From: Eledone cirrhosa
Taxonomy: Eukaryota
Assembly: GCA_964016885.1 (NCBI GenBank)
Contig: OZ024741.1
Coordinates: 405,356,001-405,420,000, forward strand
DNA length: 64,000 nucleotides
Direction of reading: 5' to 3'
A model generated the notes under the pieces. The model made no database searches, was not told where the DNA came from, and worked only from the letters and a program-made list of their open reading frames with translations. Numbering within the stretch: the stretch's first letter is position 1; the number at the start of each line of letters is the position of its first letter. The position numbers and the translations under genes are program-made. Positions 10,813 to 25,300 of this stretch are shown here, piece by piece.

Positions 10813-13800
10813 TGTAACTCTCTTCTCCTAGTTTCTTCCCTCTCACATCTCACATATGTCACTCTCTTCTCCTAGTTTCTTCCCTCTCACATGTCACGTA
10901 TGTAACTACCTTCTTCTAGTTTCTTCCCTCTCACATCTCACATATGTAATTCTCTTCTCCTAGTTTCTTCCCTCTCACACCTCACACATGTAACTCTCTT
11001 CTTCTAGTTTCTTCCCTCTCACATCTCACCTGTGTAACTCTCTTCTCCTAGTTTCTTCTCTCCCACATCTCACATATGTAACTCTCCTCTCCTAGTTTCT
11101 CTCACATCTCACCTATGTAACTCTCTACTAGTTTTTTCCCTCTCACATCCCACATATGTAACTCTCTTCTTCTAGTTTCTTCCCTCTCACATCTCACCTA
11201 TGTAACTCTCTTCTAGTTTCTTCCATCCCACATCTCACCTATGTAACTCTTTTCTCCTAGTTTCTTCCCTCTCACATCTCACATATGTAACTCTCTTCTT
11301 CTAGTTTCATCCCTCTCACATCTCACATATGTTACCCTCATCGTCTAGTTTCTTCCCTCTCACATCTAACCTATGTAACTCTCTTCTCCTAGTTTCTCCC
11401 CTCTCACATCTCACAAATGTAACTCTCTTCTTCTAGTTTCTTCCCTCTCACATCTCACGTATGTAACTCTCTTCTTCTAGTTTCTTCCCTCTCACATCTC
11501 ACATATGTAACTCTCTTCTCCTAGTTTGTTCCCTCTGACATCTCACATATGTAACTCTCTTCTCCTAGTTTATTCCCTCTCACATCTCACCTATGTAACT
11601 CTCTTCTCCTAGTTTCTTCCCTCTCACATCTCACATATGTAACTCTCTTCTTCTAGTTTCTTCCCTCTCACATCTCACCTATGTAACTCTCTTCTAATTT
11701 CTTCCCTCTCACATCTCACCTATGTAACTCTCTTCTCCTAGTTTCTCCCACATCTCACCTATGTAACTCTCTTCTAGTTTTTTCCCTCTCACATCCCACA
11801 TATGTAACTCTCTTCTTCTAGTTTCTTCCCTCTCACATCTCACCTATGTAACTCCCTTCTCCTAGTTTCTTCCCTCTCACATCTCACATATGTAACTCTC
11901 CTCTCCTAGTTTCTTCCCTCTCACATCTCACCCATGTAACTCTCTTCTCCTACTTTCTTCCCTCTCACATCTCACATATGTAACTCTCTTCTTCTAGTTT
12001 CTTCCCTCTCACATCTCACATATGTAACTCTCTTCTTCTAGTTTCTTCCTTCTCACATCTCACCTATGTAACTCTCTTCTCCTAATATCTTCGCTCTCAC
12101 ATCTCACCTATATAACTCTCTTCTCCTAGTTTCTTCCCTCTTACATCTCACATATGTAAATCTCTTCTTCTAGTTTCTTCCCTCTCAAATCTCACCTATG
12201 TAACTCTCTTCTCCTAGTTTCTTCCCTCTCACATCTAACATATGTAACTCTCTTCTTCTAGTTTCTGCCCTCCCACATCTCACATACGTAACTCTCTTCT
12301 TCTAGTTTGATCCCTCTCATATCGCGCCTATGTAACTCTCTTCTCCTAGTTTCTTCCCTCTTTTATCACGCCTATGTAACTCTCTTCTCCTACTTTCTTC
12401 CCTCTGACATCTCACCTATGTAACTCTCTTCTCCTAGTTTCTTCCCTCTCACATCTCACCTATGTAACTCTCTTCTTCTAGTTTCTTCCCTCTCTCATCT
12501 CACCTATGTCACTCTCTTCTCCTAGTTTCTTCCCTCTCACATCTCACCTATGTAATACTCATCTCCTAGTTTTTTCCCTCCCACATCTCACCTATGTAAC
12601 TCTCTTCACTTACTTTCTTCCCTCTCACATCTCACCTATGTAACTCTCTTCTCCTAGTTTTTTCCCTCTCACATCTCACCTATGTAACTCTCTTCTTCTA
12701 GTTTCTTCCCTCTCGCATCTCACCTATGTAACTCTCTTCTCCTAGTTTCTTCCCTTCCACATGTCACATATGTAACTCTACGCTCCTAGTTCCTTACCTC
12801 TCACATCTCACCTATGTAACTCTCTTCTCCTAGTTCTTCCCCCTCACATCTCACCTATGTAACTCTCTTCTCCTAGTTTTTCCCCTCACACATCTCACAT
12901 ATGTAAATCTATTCTCATAGTTTCTTCTCTCTCACATCTCACATATGTAACTCTCTTCTCCTAGTTTCTTCCATCCCACATCTCACCTATGTAACTCTCT
13001 TCTCCTAGTTTCTTCCCTCTCACATCTCACATATGTAACTCTCTTCTTCTAGTTTCTTCCCTCTCACATCTCACATATGTAACTCTCATCGTCTAGTTTC
13101 TTCCCTCTCAAATCTCACCTATGTAACTCTCTTCTCCTAGTTTCTTCCCTCTCACATCTCACATATGTAACTCTTTTCTTTTAGTTTCTTCCCTCTCACA
13201 TCTCACATATGTCACTCTCTTCTCCTAGTTTCTTCCCTCTCACATGTCACGTATGTAACTACCTTCTTCTAGTTTCTTCCCTCTCACATCTCACATATGT
13301 AATTCTCTTCTCCTAGTTTCTTCCCTCTCACACCTCACACATGTAACTCTCTTCTCCTAGTTTTTTCCCTCTCACATCTCACCTATGTAACTCTCTTCTT
13401 CTGGTTTCTTCCCTCTCGCATCTCACCTATGTAACTCTCTTCTCCTCGTTTCTTTCCTCCCACATGTCACATATGTAACTCTACTCTCCTAGTTTCTTCC
13501 CTCTCACATCTCACCTATGTAACTCTCTTCTCCTAGTTTCTTCCCCCTCACATCTCACATATGTAACTCTCTTCTCCTACTTTTCCCCCTCTCACATCTC
13601 ACATATATAAATCTCTTCTCCTAGTTTCTTCCCTCTCACATCTCACCTATGTAACTCTCTTCTAGTTTCTTCCATCCCACATCTCACCTATGTAACTCTT
13701 TTCTCCTAGTTTCTTCCCTCTCACATCTCACATATGTAACTCTCTTCTTCTAGTTTCTTTCCTCTCACATCTCACATATGTAACTCTCATCGTCTAGTTT

Positions 13801-16351
13801 CTTCCCTCTCAAATCTCACCTATGTAACTCTCTTCTCCTAGTTTCTTCCCTCTCACATCTCACATATGTCACTCTCTTCTCCTAGTTTCTTCCCTCTCAC
13901 ATGTCACGTATGTAACTACCTTCTTCTAGTTTCTTCCCTCTCACATCTCACATATGTAATTCTCTTCTCCTAGTTTCTTCCCTCTCACACCTCACACATG
14001 TAACTCTCTTCTTCTAGTTTCTTCCCTCTCACATCTCACCTGTGTAACTCTCTTCTCCTAGTTTCTTCTCTCCCACATCTCACATATGTAACTCTCCTCT
14101 CCTAGTTTCTCTCACATCTCACCTATGTAACTCTCTACTAGTTTTTTCCCTCTCACATCCCACATATGTAACTCTCTTCTTCTAGTTTCTTCCCTCTCAC
14201 ATCTCACCTATGTAACTCTCTTCTAGTTTCTTCCATCCCACATCTCACCTATGTAACTCTTTTCTCCTAGTTTCTTCCCTCTCACATCTCACATATGTAA
14301 CTCTCTTCTTCTAGTTTCATCCCTCTCACATCTCACATATGTTACCCTCATCGTCTAGTTTCTTCCCTCTCACATCTAACCTATGTAACTCTCTTCTCCT
14401 AGTTTCTCCCCTCTCACATCTCACAAATGTAACTCTCTTCTTCTAGTTTCTTCCCTCTCACATCTCACGTATGTAACTCTCTTCTTCTAGTTTCTTCCCT
14501 CTCACATCTCACATATGTAACTCTCTTCTCCTAGTTTGTTCCCTCTGACATCTCACATATGTAACTCTCTTCTCCTAGTTTATTCCCTCTCACATCTCAC
14601 CTATGTAACTCTCTTCTCCTAGTTTCTTCCCTCTCACATCTCACATATGTAACTCTCTTCTTCTAGTTTCTTCCCTCTCACATCTCACCTATGTAACTCT
14701 CTTCTAATTTCTTCCCTCTCACATCTCACCTATGTAACTCTCTTCTCCTAGTTTCTCCCACATCTCACCTATGTAACTCTCTTCTAGTTTTTTCCCTCTC
14801 ACATCCCACATATGTAACTCTCTTCTTCTAGTTTCTTCCCTCTCACATCTCACCTATGTAACTCCCTTCTCCTAGTTTCTTCCCTCTCACATCTCACATA
14901 TGTAACTCTCCTCTCCTAGTTTCTTCCCTCTCACATCTCACCCATGTAACTCTCTTCTCCTACTTTCTTCCCTCTCACATCTCACATATGTAACTCTCTT
15001 CTTCTAGTTTCTTCCCTCTCACATCTCACATATGTAACTCTCTTCTTCTAGTTTCTTCCTTCTCACATCTCACCTATGTAACTCTCTTCTCCTAATATCT
15101 TCGCTCTCACATCTCACCTATATAACTCTCTTCTCCTAGTTTCTTCCCTCTTACATCTCACATATGTAAATCTCTTCTTCTAGTTTCTTCCCTCTCAAAT
15201 CTCACCTATGTAACTCTCTTCTCCTAGTTTCTTCCCTCTCACATCTAACATATGTAACTCTCTTCTTCTAGTTTCTGCCCTCCCACATCTCACATACGTA
15301 ACTCTCTTCTTCTAGTTTGATCCCTCTCATATCGCGCCTATGTAACTCTCTTCTCCTAGTTTCTTCCCTCTTTTATCACGCCTATGTAACTCTCTTCTCC
15401 TACTTTCTTCCCTCTGACATCTCACCTATGTAACTCTCTTCTCCTAGTTTCTTCCCTCTCACATCTCACCTATGTAACTCTCTTCTTCTAGTTTCTTCCC
15501 TCTCTCATCTCACCTATGTCACTCTCTTCTCCTAGTTTCTTCCCTCTCACATCTCACCTATGTAATACTCATCTCCTAGTTTTTTCCCTCCCACATCTCA
15601 CCTATGTAACTCTCTTCACTTACTTTCTTCCCTCTCACATCTCACCTATGTAACTCTCTTCTCCTAGTTTTTTCCCTCTCACATCTCACCTATGTAACTC
15701 TCTTCTTCTAGTTTCTTCCCTCTCGCATCTCACCTATGTAACTCTCTTCTCCTAGTTTCTTCCCTTCCACATGTCACATATGTAACTCTACGCTCCTAGT
15801 TCCTTACCTCTCACATCTCACCTATGTAACTCTCTTCTCCTAGTTCTTCCCCCTCACATCTCACCTATGTAACTCTCTTCTCCTAGTTTTTCCCCTCACA
15901 CATCTCACATATGTAAATCTATTCTCATAGTTTCTTCTCTCTCACATCTCACATATGTAACTCTCTTCTCCTAGTTTCTTCCATCCCACATCTCACCTAT
16001 GTAACTCTCTTCTCCTAGTTTCTTCCCTCTCACATCTCACATATGTAACTCTCTTCTTCTAGTTTCTTCCCTCTCACATCTCACATATGTAACTCTCATC
16101 GTCTAGTTTCTTCCCTCTCAAATCTCACCTATGTAACTCTCTTCTCCTAGTTTCTTCCCTCTCACATCTCACATATGTAACTCTTTTCTTTTAGTTTCTT
16201 CCCTCTCACATCTCACATATGTCACTCTCTTCTCCTAGTTTCTTCCCTCTCACATGTCACGTATGTAACTACCTTCTTCTAGTTTCTTCCCTCTCACATC
16301 TCACATATGTAATTCTCTTCTCCTAGTTTCTTCCCTCTCACACCTCACACA
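10332..16351. repeat. 3010-bp near-perfect tandem duplication (10332-13341 and 13342-16351)
   Basis: CTGG occurs at 10391 and 13401, the main marker at 11330 and 14340, and the private variant TTTGATCCC at ~12306 and ~15316, all at offset 3010. The junction at 13342 jumps from the CACACCTCACACA monomer back to the TTTTTTCCC/TCTGG monomers. Confidence 0.87.
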
Positions 16352-19300
16352 TGTAACTCTCTTCTTCTAGTTTCTTCCCTCTCACATCTCACCTGTGTAA
16401 CTCTCTTCTCCTAGTTTCTTCTCTCCCACATCTCACATATGTAACTCTCCTCTCCTAGTTTCTCTCACATCTCACCTATGTAACTCTCTACTAGTTTTTT
16501 CCCTCTCACATCCCACATATGTAACTCTCTTCTTCTAGTTTCTTCCCTCTCACATCTCACCTATGTAACTCTCTTCTAGTTTCTTCCATCCCACATCTCA
16601 CCTATGTAACTCTTTTCTCCTAGTTTCTTCCCTCTCACATCTCACATATGTAACTCTCTTCTTCTAGTTTCATCCCTCTCACATCTCACATATGTTACCC
16701 TCATCGTCTAGTTTCTTCCCTCTCACATCTAACCTATGTAACTCTCTTCTCCTAGTTTCTCCCCTCTCACATCTCACATATGTAACTCTCTTCTTCTAGT
16801 TTCTTCCCTCTCACATCTCACGTATGTAACTCTCTTCTTCTAGTTTCTTCCCTCTCACATCTCACATATGTAACTCTCTTCTCCTAGTTTGTTCCCTCTG
16901 ACATCTCACATATGTAACTCTCTTCTCCTAGTTTATTCCCTCTCACATCTCACCTATGTAACTCTCTTCTCCTAGTTTCTTCCCTCTCACATCTCACATA
17001 TGTAACTCTCTTCTTCTAGTTTCTTCCCTCTCACATCTCACCTATGTAACTCTCTTCTAATTTCTTCCCTCTCACATCTCACCTATGTAACTCTCTTCTC
17101 CTAGTTTCTCCCACATCTCACCTATGTAACTCTCTTCTAGTTTTTTCCCTCTCACATCCCACATATGTAACTCTCTTCTTCTAGTTTCTTCCCTCTCACA
17201 TCTCACCTATGTAACTCCCTTCTCCTAGTTTCTTCCCTCTCACATCTCACATATGTAACTCTCCTCTCCTAGTTTCTTCCCTCTCACATCTCACCCATGT
17301 AACTCTCTTCTCCTACTTTCTTCCCTCTCACATCTAACATATGTAACTCTCTTCTTCTAGTTTCTTCCCTCTCACATCTCACATATGTAACTCTCTTCTT
17401 CTAGTTTCTTCCTTCTCACATCTCACCTATGTAACTCTCTTCTCCTAATATCTTCGCTCTCACATCTCACCTATATAACTCTCTTCTCCTAGTTTCTTCC
17501 CTCTTACATCTCACATATGTAAATCTCTTCTTCTAGTTTCTTCCCTCTCAAATCTCACCTATGTAACTCTCTTCTCCTAGTTTCTTCCCTCTCACATCTA
17601 ACATATGTAACTCTCTTCTTCTAGTTTCTGCCCTCCCACATCTCACATACGTAACTCTCTTCTTCTAGTTTGTTCCCTCTCATATCGCGCCTATGTAACT
17701 CTCTTCTCCTAGTTTCTTCCCTCTTTTATCACGCCTATGTAACTCTCTTCTCCTACTTTCTTCCCTCTGACATCTCACCTATGTAACTCTCTTCTCCTAG
17801 TTACTTCCCTCTCACATCTCACCTATGTAACTCTCTTCTTCTAGTTTCTTCCCTCTCTCATCTCACCTATGTCACTCTCTTCTCCTAGTTTCTTCCCTCT
17901 CACATCTCACCTATGTAATACTCATCTCCTAGTTTTTTCCCTCCCACATCTCACCTATGTAACTCTCTTCACTTACTTTCTTCCCTCTCACATCTCACCT
18001 ATGTAACTCTCTTCTCCTAGTTTTTTCCCTCTCACATCTCACCTATGTAACTCTCTTCTTCTAGTTTCTTCCCTCTCGCATCTCACCTATGTAACTCTCT
18101 TCTCCTAGTTTCTTCCCTTCCACATGTCACATATGTAACTCTACGCTCCTAGTTCCTTACCTCTCACATCTCACCTATGTAACTCTCTTCTCCTAGTTCT
18201 TCCCCCTCACATCTCACCTATGTAACTCTCTTCTCCTAGTTTTTCCCCTCACACATCTCACATATGTAAATCTATTCTCATAGTTTCTTCTCTCTCACAT
18301 CTCACATATGTAACTCTCTTCTCCTAGTTTCTTCCATCCCACATCTCACCTATGTAACTCTCTTCTCCTAGTTTCTTCCCTCTCACATCTCACATATGTA
18401 ACTCTCTTCTTCTAGTTTCTTCCCTCTCACATCTCACATATGTAACTCTCATCGTCTAGTTTCTTCCCTCTCAAATCTCACCTATGTAACTCTCTTCTCC
18501 TAGTTTCTTCCCTCTCACATCTCACATATGTAACTCTTTTCTTTTAGTTTCTTCCCTCTCACATCTCACATATGTAATTCTCTTCTCCTAGTTTCTTCCC
18601 TCTCACACCTCACACATGTAACTCTCTTCTTCTAGTTTCTTCCCTCTCACATCTCACCTGTGTAACTCTCTTCTCCTAGTTTCTTCTCTCCCACATCTCA
18701 CATATGTAACTCTCCTCTCCTAGTTTCTTTCCTCTCACATCTCACCCATGTAACTCTCTTCTCCTAGTTTCTTTCCTTCTCACATCTCACATAATTAACT
18801 CTCTTCTTCTAGTTTCTTCCCTCTCACATCTCACCTATGTAACTCTCTTCTAGTTTCTTCCATCCCACATCTCACCTATGTAACTCTTTTCTCCTAGTTT
18901 CTTCCCTCTCACATCTCACATATGTAACTCTCTTCTTCTAGTTTCATCCCTCTCACATCTCACATATGTTACCCTCATCGTCTAGTTTCTTCCCTCTCAC
19001 ATCTAACCTATGTAACTCTCTTCTCCTAGTTTCTCCCCTCTCACATCTCACATATGTAACTCTCTTCTTCTAGTTTCTTCCCTCTCACATCTCACGTATG
19101 TAACTCTCTTCTTCTAGTTTCTTCCCTCTCACATCTCACATATGTAACTCTCTTCTCCTAGTTTGTTCCCTCTGACATCTCACATATGTAACTCTCTTCT
19201 CCTAGTTTATTCCCTCTCACATCTCACCTATGTAACTCTCTTCTCCTAGTTTCTTCCCTCTCACATCTCACATATGTAACTCTCTTCTTCTAGTTTCTTC

Positions 19301-22300
19301 CCTCTCACATCTCACCTATGTAACTCTCTTCTAATTTCTTCCCTCTCACATCTCACCTATGTAACTCTCTTCTCCTAGTTTCTCCCACATCTCACCTATG
19401 TAACTCTCTTCTAGTTTTTTCCCTCTCACATCCCACATATGTAACTCTCTTCTTCTAGTTTCTTCCCTCTCACATCTCACCTATGTAACTCCCTTCTCCT
19501 AGTTTCTTCCCTCTCACATCTCACATATGTAACTCTCCTCTCCTAGTTTCTTCCCTCTCACATCTCACCCATGTAACTCTCTTCTCCTACTTTCTTCCCT
19601 CTCACATCTCACATATGTAACTCTCTTCTTCTAGTTTCTTCCCTCTCACATCTCACATATGTAACTCTCTTCTTCTAGTTTCTTCCTTCTCACATGTCAC
19701 CTATGTAACTCTCTTCTCCTAATATCTTCGCTCTCACATCTCACCTATATAACTCTCTTCTCCTAGTTTCTTCCCTCTTACATCTCACATATGTAAATCT
19801 CTTCTTCTAGTTTCTTCCCTCTCAAATCTCACCTATGTAACTCTCTTCTCCTAGTTTCTTCCCTCTCACATCTAACATATGTAACTCTCTTCTTCTAGTT
19901 TCTGCCCTCCCACATCTCACATACGTAACTCTCTTCTTCTAGTTTGTTCCCTCTCATATCGCGCCTATGTAACTCTCTTCTCCTAGTTTCTTCCCTCTTT
20001 TATCACGCCTATGTAACTCTCTTCTCCTACTTTCTTCCCTCTGACATCTCACCTATGTAACTCTCTTCTCCTAGTTTCTTCCCTCTCACATCTCACCTAT
20101 GTAACTCTCTTCTTCTAGTTTCTTCCCTCTCTCATCTCACCTATGTCACTCTCTTCTCCTAGTTTCTTCCCTCTCACATCTCACCTATGTAATACTCATC
20201 TCCTAGTTTTTTCCCTCCCACATCTCACCTATGTAACTCTCTTCACTTACTTTCTTCCCTCTCACATCTCACCTATGTAACTCTCTTCTCCTAGTTTTTT
20301 CCCTCCCACATCTCACCTATGTAACTCTCTTCTTCTAGTTTCTTCCCTCTCGCATCTCACCTATGTAACTCTCTTCTCCTAGTTTCTTCCCTTCCACATG
20401 TCACATATGTAACTCTACGCTCCTAGTTCCTTACCTCTCACATCTCACCTATGTAACTCTCTTCTCCTAGTTCCTCCCCCTCACATCTCACCTATGTAAC
20501 TCTCTTCTCCTAGTTTTTCCCCTCACACATCTCACATATGTAAATCTATTCTCATAGTTTCTTCCCTCTCACATCTCACCTATGTAACTCTCTTCTCCTA
20601 GTTTCTTCCATCCCACATCTCACCTATGTAACTCTCTTCTCCTAGTTTCTTCCCTCTCACATCTCACATATGTAACTCTCTTCTTCTAGTTTCTTCCCTC
20701 TCACATCTCACATATGTAACTCTCATCGTCTAGTTTCTTCCCTCTCAAATCTCACCTATGTAACTCTCTTCTCCTAGTTTCTTCCCTCTCACATCTCACA
20801 TATGTAACTCTTTTCTTTTAGTTTCTTCCCTCTCACATCTCACCTATGTTACTGACTTCTCCTAGTTTCTTCCCTCTCACATGTCACGTATGTAACTACG
20901 TTCTTCTAGTTTCTTCCCTCTCACATCTCACATATGTAATTCTCTTCTTATAGTTTCTTCCCTCTCACACCTCACACATGTAACTCTCTTCTTCTAGTTT
21001 CTTCCCTTTCACATCTCACCTGTGTAACTCTCTTCTCCTAGTTTCTTCCCTCCCACATCTCACATATGTAACTCTCCTCTCCTAGTTTCTTCCCTCTCAC
21101 ATCTCACCTATGTAACTCTCTTCTCCTAGTTTCTTTCCTTCTCACATCTCACATAATTAACTCTCTTCTTCTAGTTTCTTCCCTCTCACATCTCACATAT
21201 GTAACTCTCTTCTCCTAGTTTCTTCCCTCTCACATCTCACATATGTAACTCTCTTCTTCTAGGTTCTTCCCTCTCACATCTCACATATGTAACTCTCTTC
21301 TCCTAGTTTATTCCCTCTCACATCTCACCTGTGTAACTCTCTCCCCCTAGTTTCTTCCCTCTCACATCTCACCTATGTAACTCTCTTTTCCTTGTTTCTT
21401 CCCTCTCACATCTCACCTATGTAACTCTCTTCTTCTAGTTTCATCCCTCTCACATCTCACATATGTTACCCTCATCGTCTAGTTTCTTCCCTCTCACATC
21501 TAACCTATGTAACTCTCTTCTCCTAGTTTCTCCCCTCTCACATCTCAGATATGTAACTCTCTTCTTCTAGTTTCTTCCCTCTCACATCTCACGTATGTAA
21601 CTCTCTTCTTCTAGTTTCTTCCCTCTCACATCTCACATATGTAACTCTCTTCTCCTAGTTTGTTCCCTCTGACATCTCACATATGTAACTCTCTTCTCCT
21701 AGTTTATTCCCTTTCACATCTCACCTATGTAACTCTCTTCTCCTAGTTTCTTCCCTCTCACATCTCACCTATGTAACTCTCTTCTTCTAGTTTCTTCCCT
21801 CTCACATCTCACATATGTAACTCTCATCGTCTAGTTTCTTCCCTCTCACATCTCACCTATGTAACTCTCATGTCCTAGTTTCTTCCCTCTCACATCTCAC
21901 ATATGTAACTCTCTTCTTGTAGTTTCTTCCCTCTCACATCTCACGTATGTAACTCTCTTCTTCTAGTTTCTTCCCTCTCACATCTCACATATGTAACTCT
22001 CTTCTCCTAGTTTGTTCCCTCTCATATCTCACATATGTAACGCTCTCCTCCTAGTTTCTTCCCTCTCACATCTCACCTATGTAACTCTCTTCTCCTAGTT
22101 TTTTCCCTCTCACATCTCACCTATGTAACTCTCTTCTTCTGGTTTCTTCCCTCTCGCATCTCACCTATGTAACTCTCTTCTCCTCGTTTCTTTCCTCCCA
22201 CATGTCACATATGTAACTCTACTCTCCTAGTTTCTTCCCTCTCACATCTCACCTATGTAACTCTCTTCTCCTAGTTTCTTCCCCCTCACATCTCACATAT

Positions 22301-25300
22301 GTAACTCTCTTCTCCTACTTTTCCCCCTCTCACATCTCACATATATAAATCTCTTCTCCTAGTTTCTTCCCTCTCACATCTCACCTATGTAACTCTCTTC
22401 TAGTTTCTTCCATCCCACATCTCACCTATGTAACTCTTTTCTCCTAGTTTCTTCCCTCTCACATCTCACATATGTAACTCTCTTCTTCTAGTTTCTTTCC
22501 TCTCACATCTCACATATGTAACTCTCATCGTCTAGTTTCTTCCCTCTCAAATCTCACCTATGTAACTCTCTTCTCCTAGTTTCTTCCCTCTCACATCTCA
22601 CATATGTCACTCTCTTCTCCTAGTTTCTTCCCTCTCACATGTCACGTATGTAACTACCTTCTTCTAGTTTCTTCCCTCTCACATCTCACATATGTAATTC
22701 TCTTCTCCTAGTTTCTTCCCTCTCACACCTCACACATGTAACTCTCTTCTTCTAGTTTCTTCCCTCTCACATCTCACCTGTGTAACTCTCTTCTCCTAGT
22801 TTCTTCTCTCCCACATCTCACATATGTAACTCTCCTCTCCTAGTTTCTCTCACATCTCACCTATGTAACTCTCTACTAGTTTTTTCCCTCTCACATCCCA
22901 CATATGTAACTCTCTTCTTCTAGTTTCTTCCCTCTCACATCTCACCTATGTAACTCTCTTCTAGTTTCTTCCATCCCACATCTCACCTATGTAACTCTTT
23001 TCTCCTAGTTTCTTCCCTCTCACATCTCACATATGTAACTCTCTTCTTCTAGTTTCATCCCTCTCACATCTCACATATGTTACCCTCATCGTCTAGTTTC
23101 TTCCCTCTCACATCTAACCTATGTAACTCTCTTCTCCTAGTTTCTCCCCTCTCACATCTCACAAATGTAACTCTCTTCTTCTAGTTTCTTCCCTCTCACA
23201 TCTCACGTATGTAACTCTCTTCTTCTAGTTTCTTCCCTCTCACATCTCACATATGTAACTCTCTTCTCCTAGTTTGTTCCCTCTGACATCTCACATATGT
23301 AACTCTCTTCTCCTAGTTTATTCCCTCTCACATCTCACCTATGTAACTCTCTTCTCCTAGTTTCTTCCCTCTCACATCTCACATATGTAACTCTCTTCTT
23401 CTAGTTTCTTCCCTCTCACATCTCACCTATGTAACTCTCTTCTAATTTCTTCCCTCTCACATCTCACCTATGTAACTCTCTTCTCCTAGTTTCTCCCACA
23501 TCTCACCTATGTAACTCTCTTCTAGTTTTTTCCCTCTCACATCCCACATATGTAACTCTCTTCTTCTAGTTTCTTCCCTCTCACATCTCACCTATGTAAC
23601 TCCCTTCTCCTAGTTTCTTCCCTCTCACATCTCACATATGTAACTCTCCTCTCCTAGTTTCTTCCCTCTCACATCTCACCCATGTAACTCTCTTCTCCTA
23701 CTTTCTTCCCTCTCACATCTCACATATGTAACTCTCTTCTTCTAGTTTCTTCCCTCTCACATCTCACATATGTAACTCTCTTCTTCTAGTTTCTTCCTTC
23801 TCACATCTCACCTATGTAACTCTCTTCTCCTAATATCTTCGCTCTCACATCTCACCTATATAACTCTCTTCTCCTAGTTTCTTCCCTCTTACATCTCACA
23901 TATGTAAATCTCTTCTTCTAGTTTCTTCCCTCTCAAATCTCACCTATGTAACTCTCTTCTCCTAGTTTCTTCCCTCTCACATCTAACATATGTAACTCTC
24001 TTCTTCTAGTTTCTGCCCTCCCACATCTCACATACGTAACTCTCTTCTTCTAGTTTGATCCCTCTCATATCGCGCCTATGTAACTCTCTTCTCCTAGTTT
24101 CTTCCCTCTTTTATCACGCCTATGTAACTCTCTTCTCCTACTTTCTTCCCTCTGACATCTCACCTATGTAACTCTCTTCTCCTAGTTTCTTCCCTCTCAC
24201 ATCTCACCTATGTAACTCTCTTCTTCTAGTTTCTTCCCTCTCTCATCTCACCTATGTCACTCTCTTCTCCTAGTTTCTTCCCTCTCACATCTCACCTATG
24301 TAATACTCATCTCCTAGTTTTTTCCCTCCCACATCTCACCTATGTAACTCTCTTCACTTACTTTCTTCCCTCTCACATCTCACCTATGTAACTCTCTTCT
24401 CCTAGTTTTTTCCCTCTCACATCTCACCTATGTAACTCTCTTCTTCTAGTTTCTTCCCTCTCGCATCTCACCTATGTAACTCTCTTCTCCTAGTTTCTTC
24501 CCTTCCACATGTCACATATGTAACTCTACGCTCCTAGTTCCTTACCTCTCACATCTCACCTATGTAACTCTCTTCTCCTAGTTCTTCCCCCTCACATCTC
24601 ACCTATGTAACTCTCTTCTCCTAGTTTTTCCCCTCACACATCTCACATATGTAAATCTATTCTCATAGTTTCTTCTCTCTCACATCTCACATATGTAACT
24701 CTCTTCTCCTAGTTTCTTCCATCCCACATCTCACCTATGTAACTCTCTTCTCCTAGTTTCTTCCCTCTCACATCTCACATATGTAACTCTCTTCTTCTAG
24801 TTTCTTCCCTCTCACATCTCACATATGTAACTCTCATCGTCTAGTTTCTTCCCTCTCAAATCTCACCTATGTAACTCTCTTCTCCTAGTTTCTTCCCTCT
24901 CACATCTCACATATGTAACTCTTTTCTTTTAGTTTCTTCCCTCTCACATCTCACATATGTCACTCTCTTCTCCTAGTTTCTTCCCTCTCACATGTCACGT
25001 ATGTAACTACCTTCTTCTAGTTTCTTCCCTCTCACATCTCACATATGTAATTCTCTTCTCCTAGTTTCTTCCCTCTCACACCTCACACATGTAACTCTCT
25101 TCTTCTAGTTTCTTCCCTCTCACATCTCACCTGTGTAACTCTCTTCTCCTAGTTTCTTCTCTCCCACATCTCACATATGTAACTCTCCTCTCCTAGTTTC
25201 TCTCACATCTCACCTATGTAACTCTCTACTAGTTTTTTCCCTCTCACATCCCACATATGTAACTCTCTTCTTCTAGTTTCTTCCCTCTCACATCTCACCT

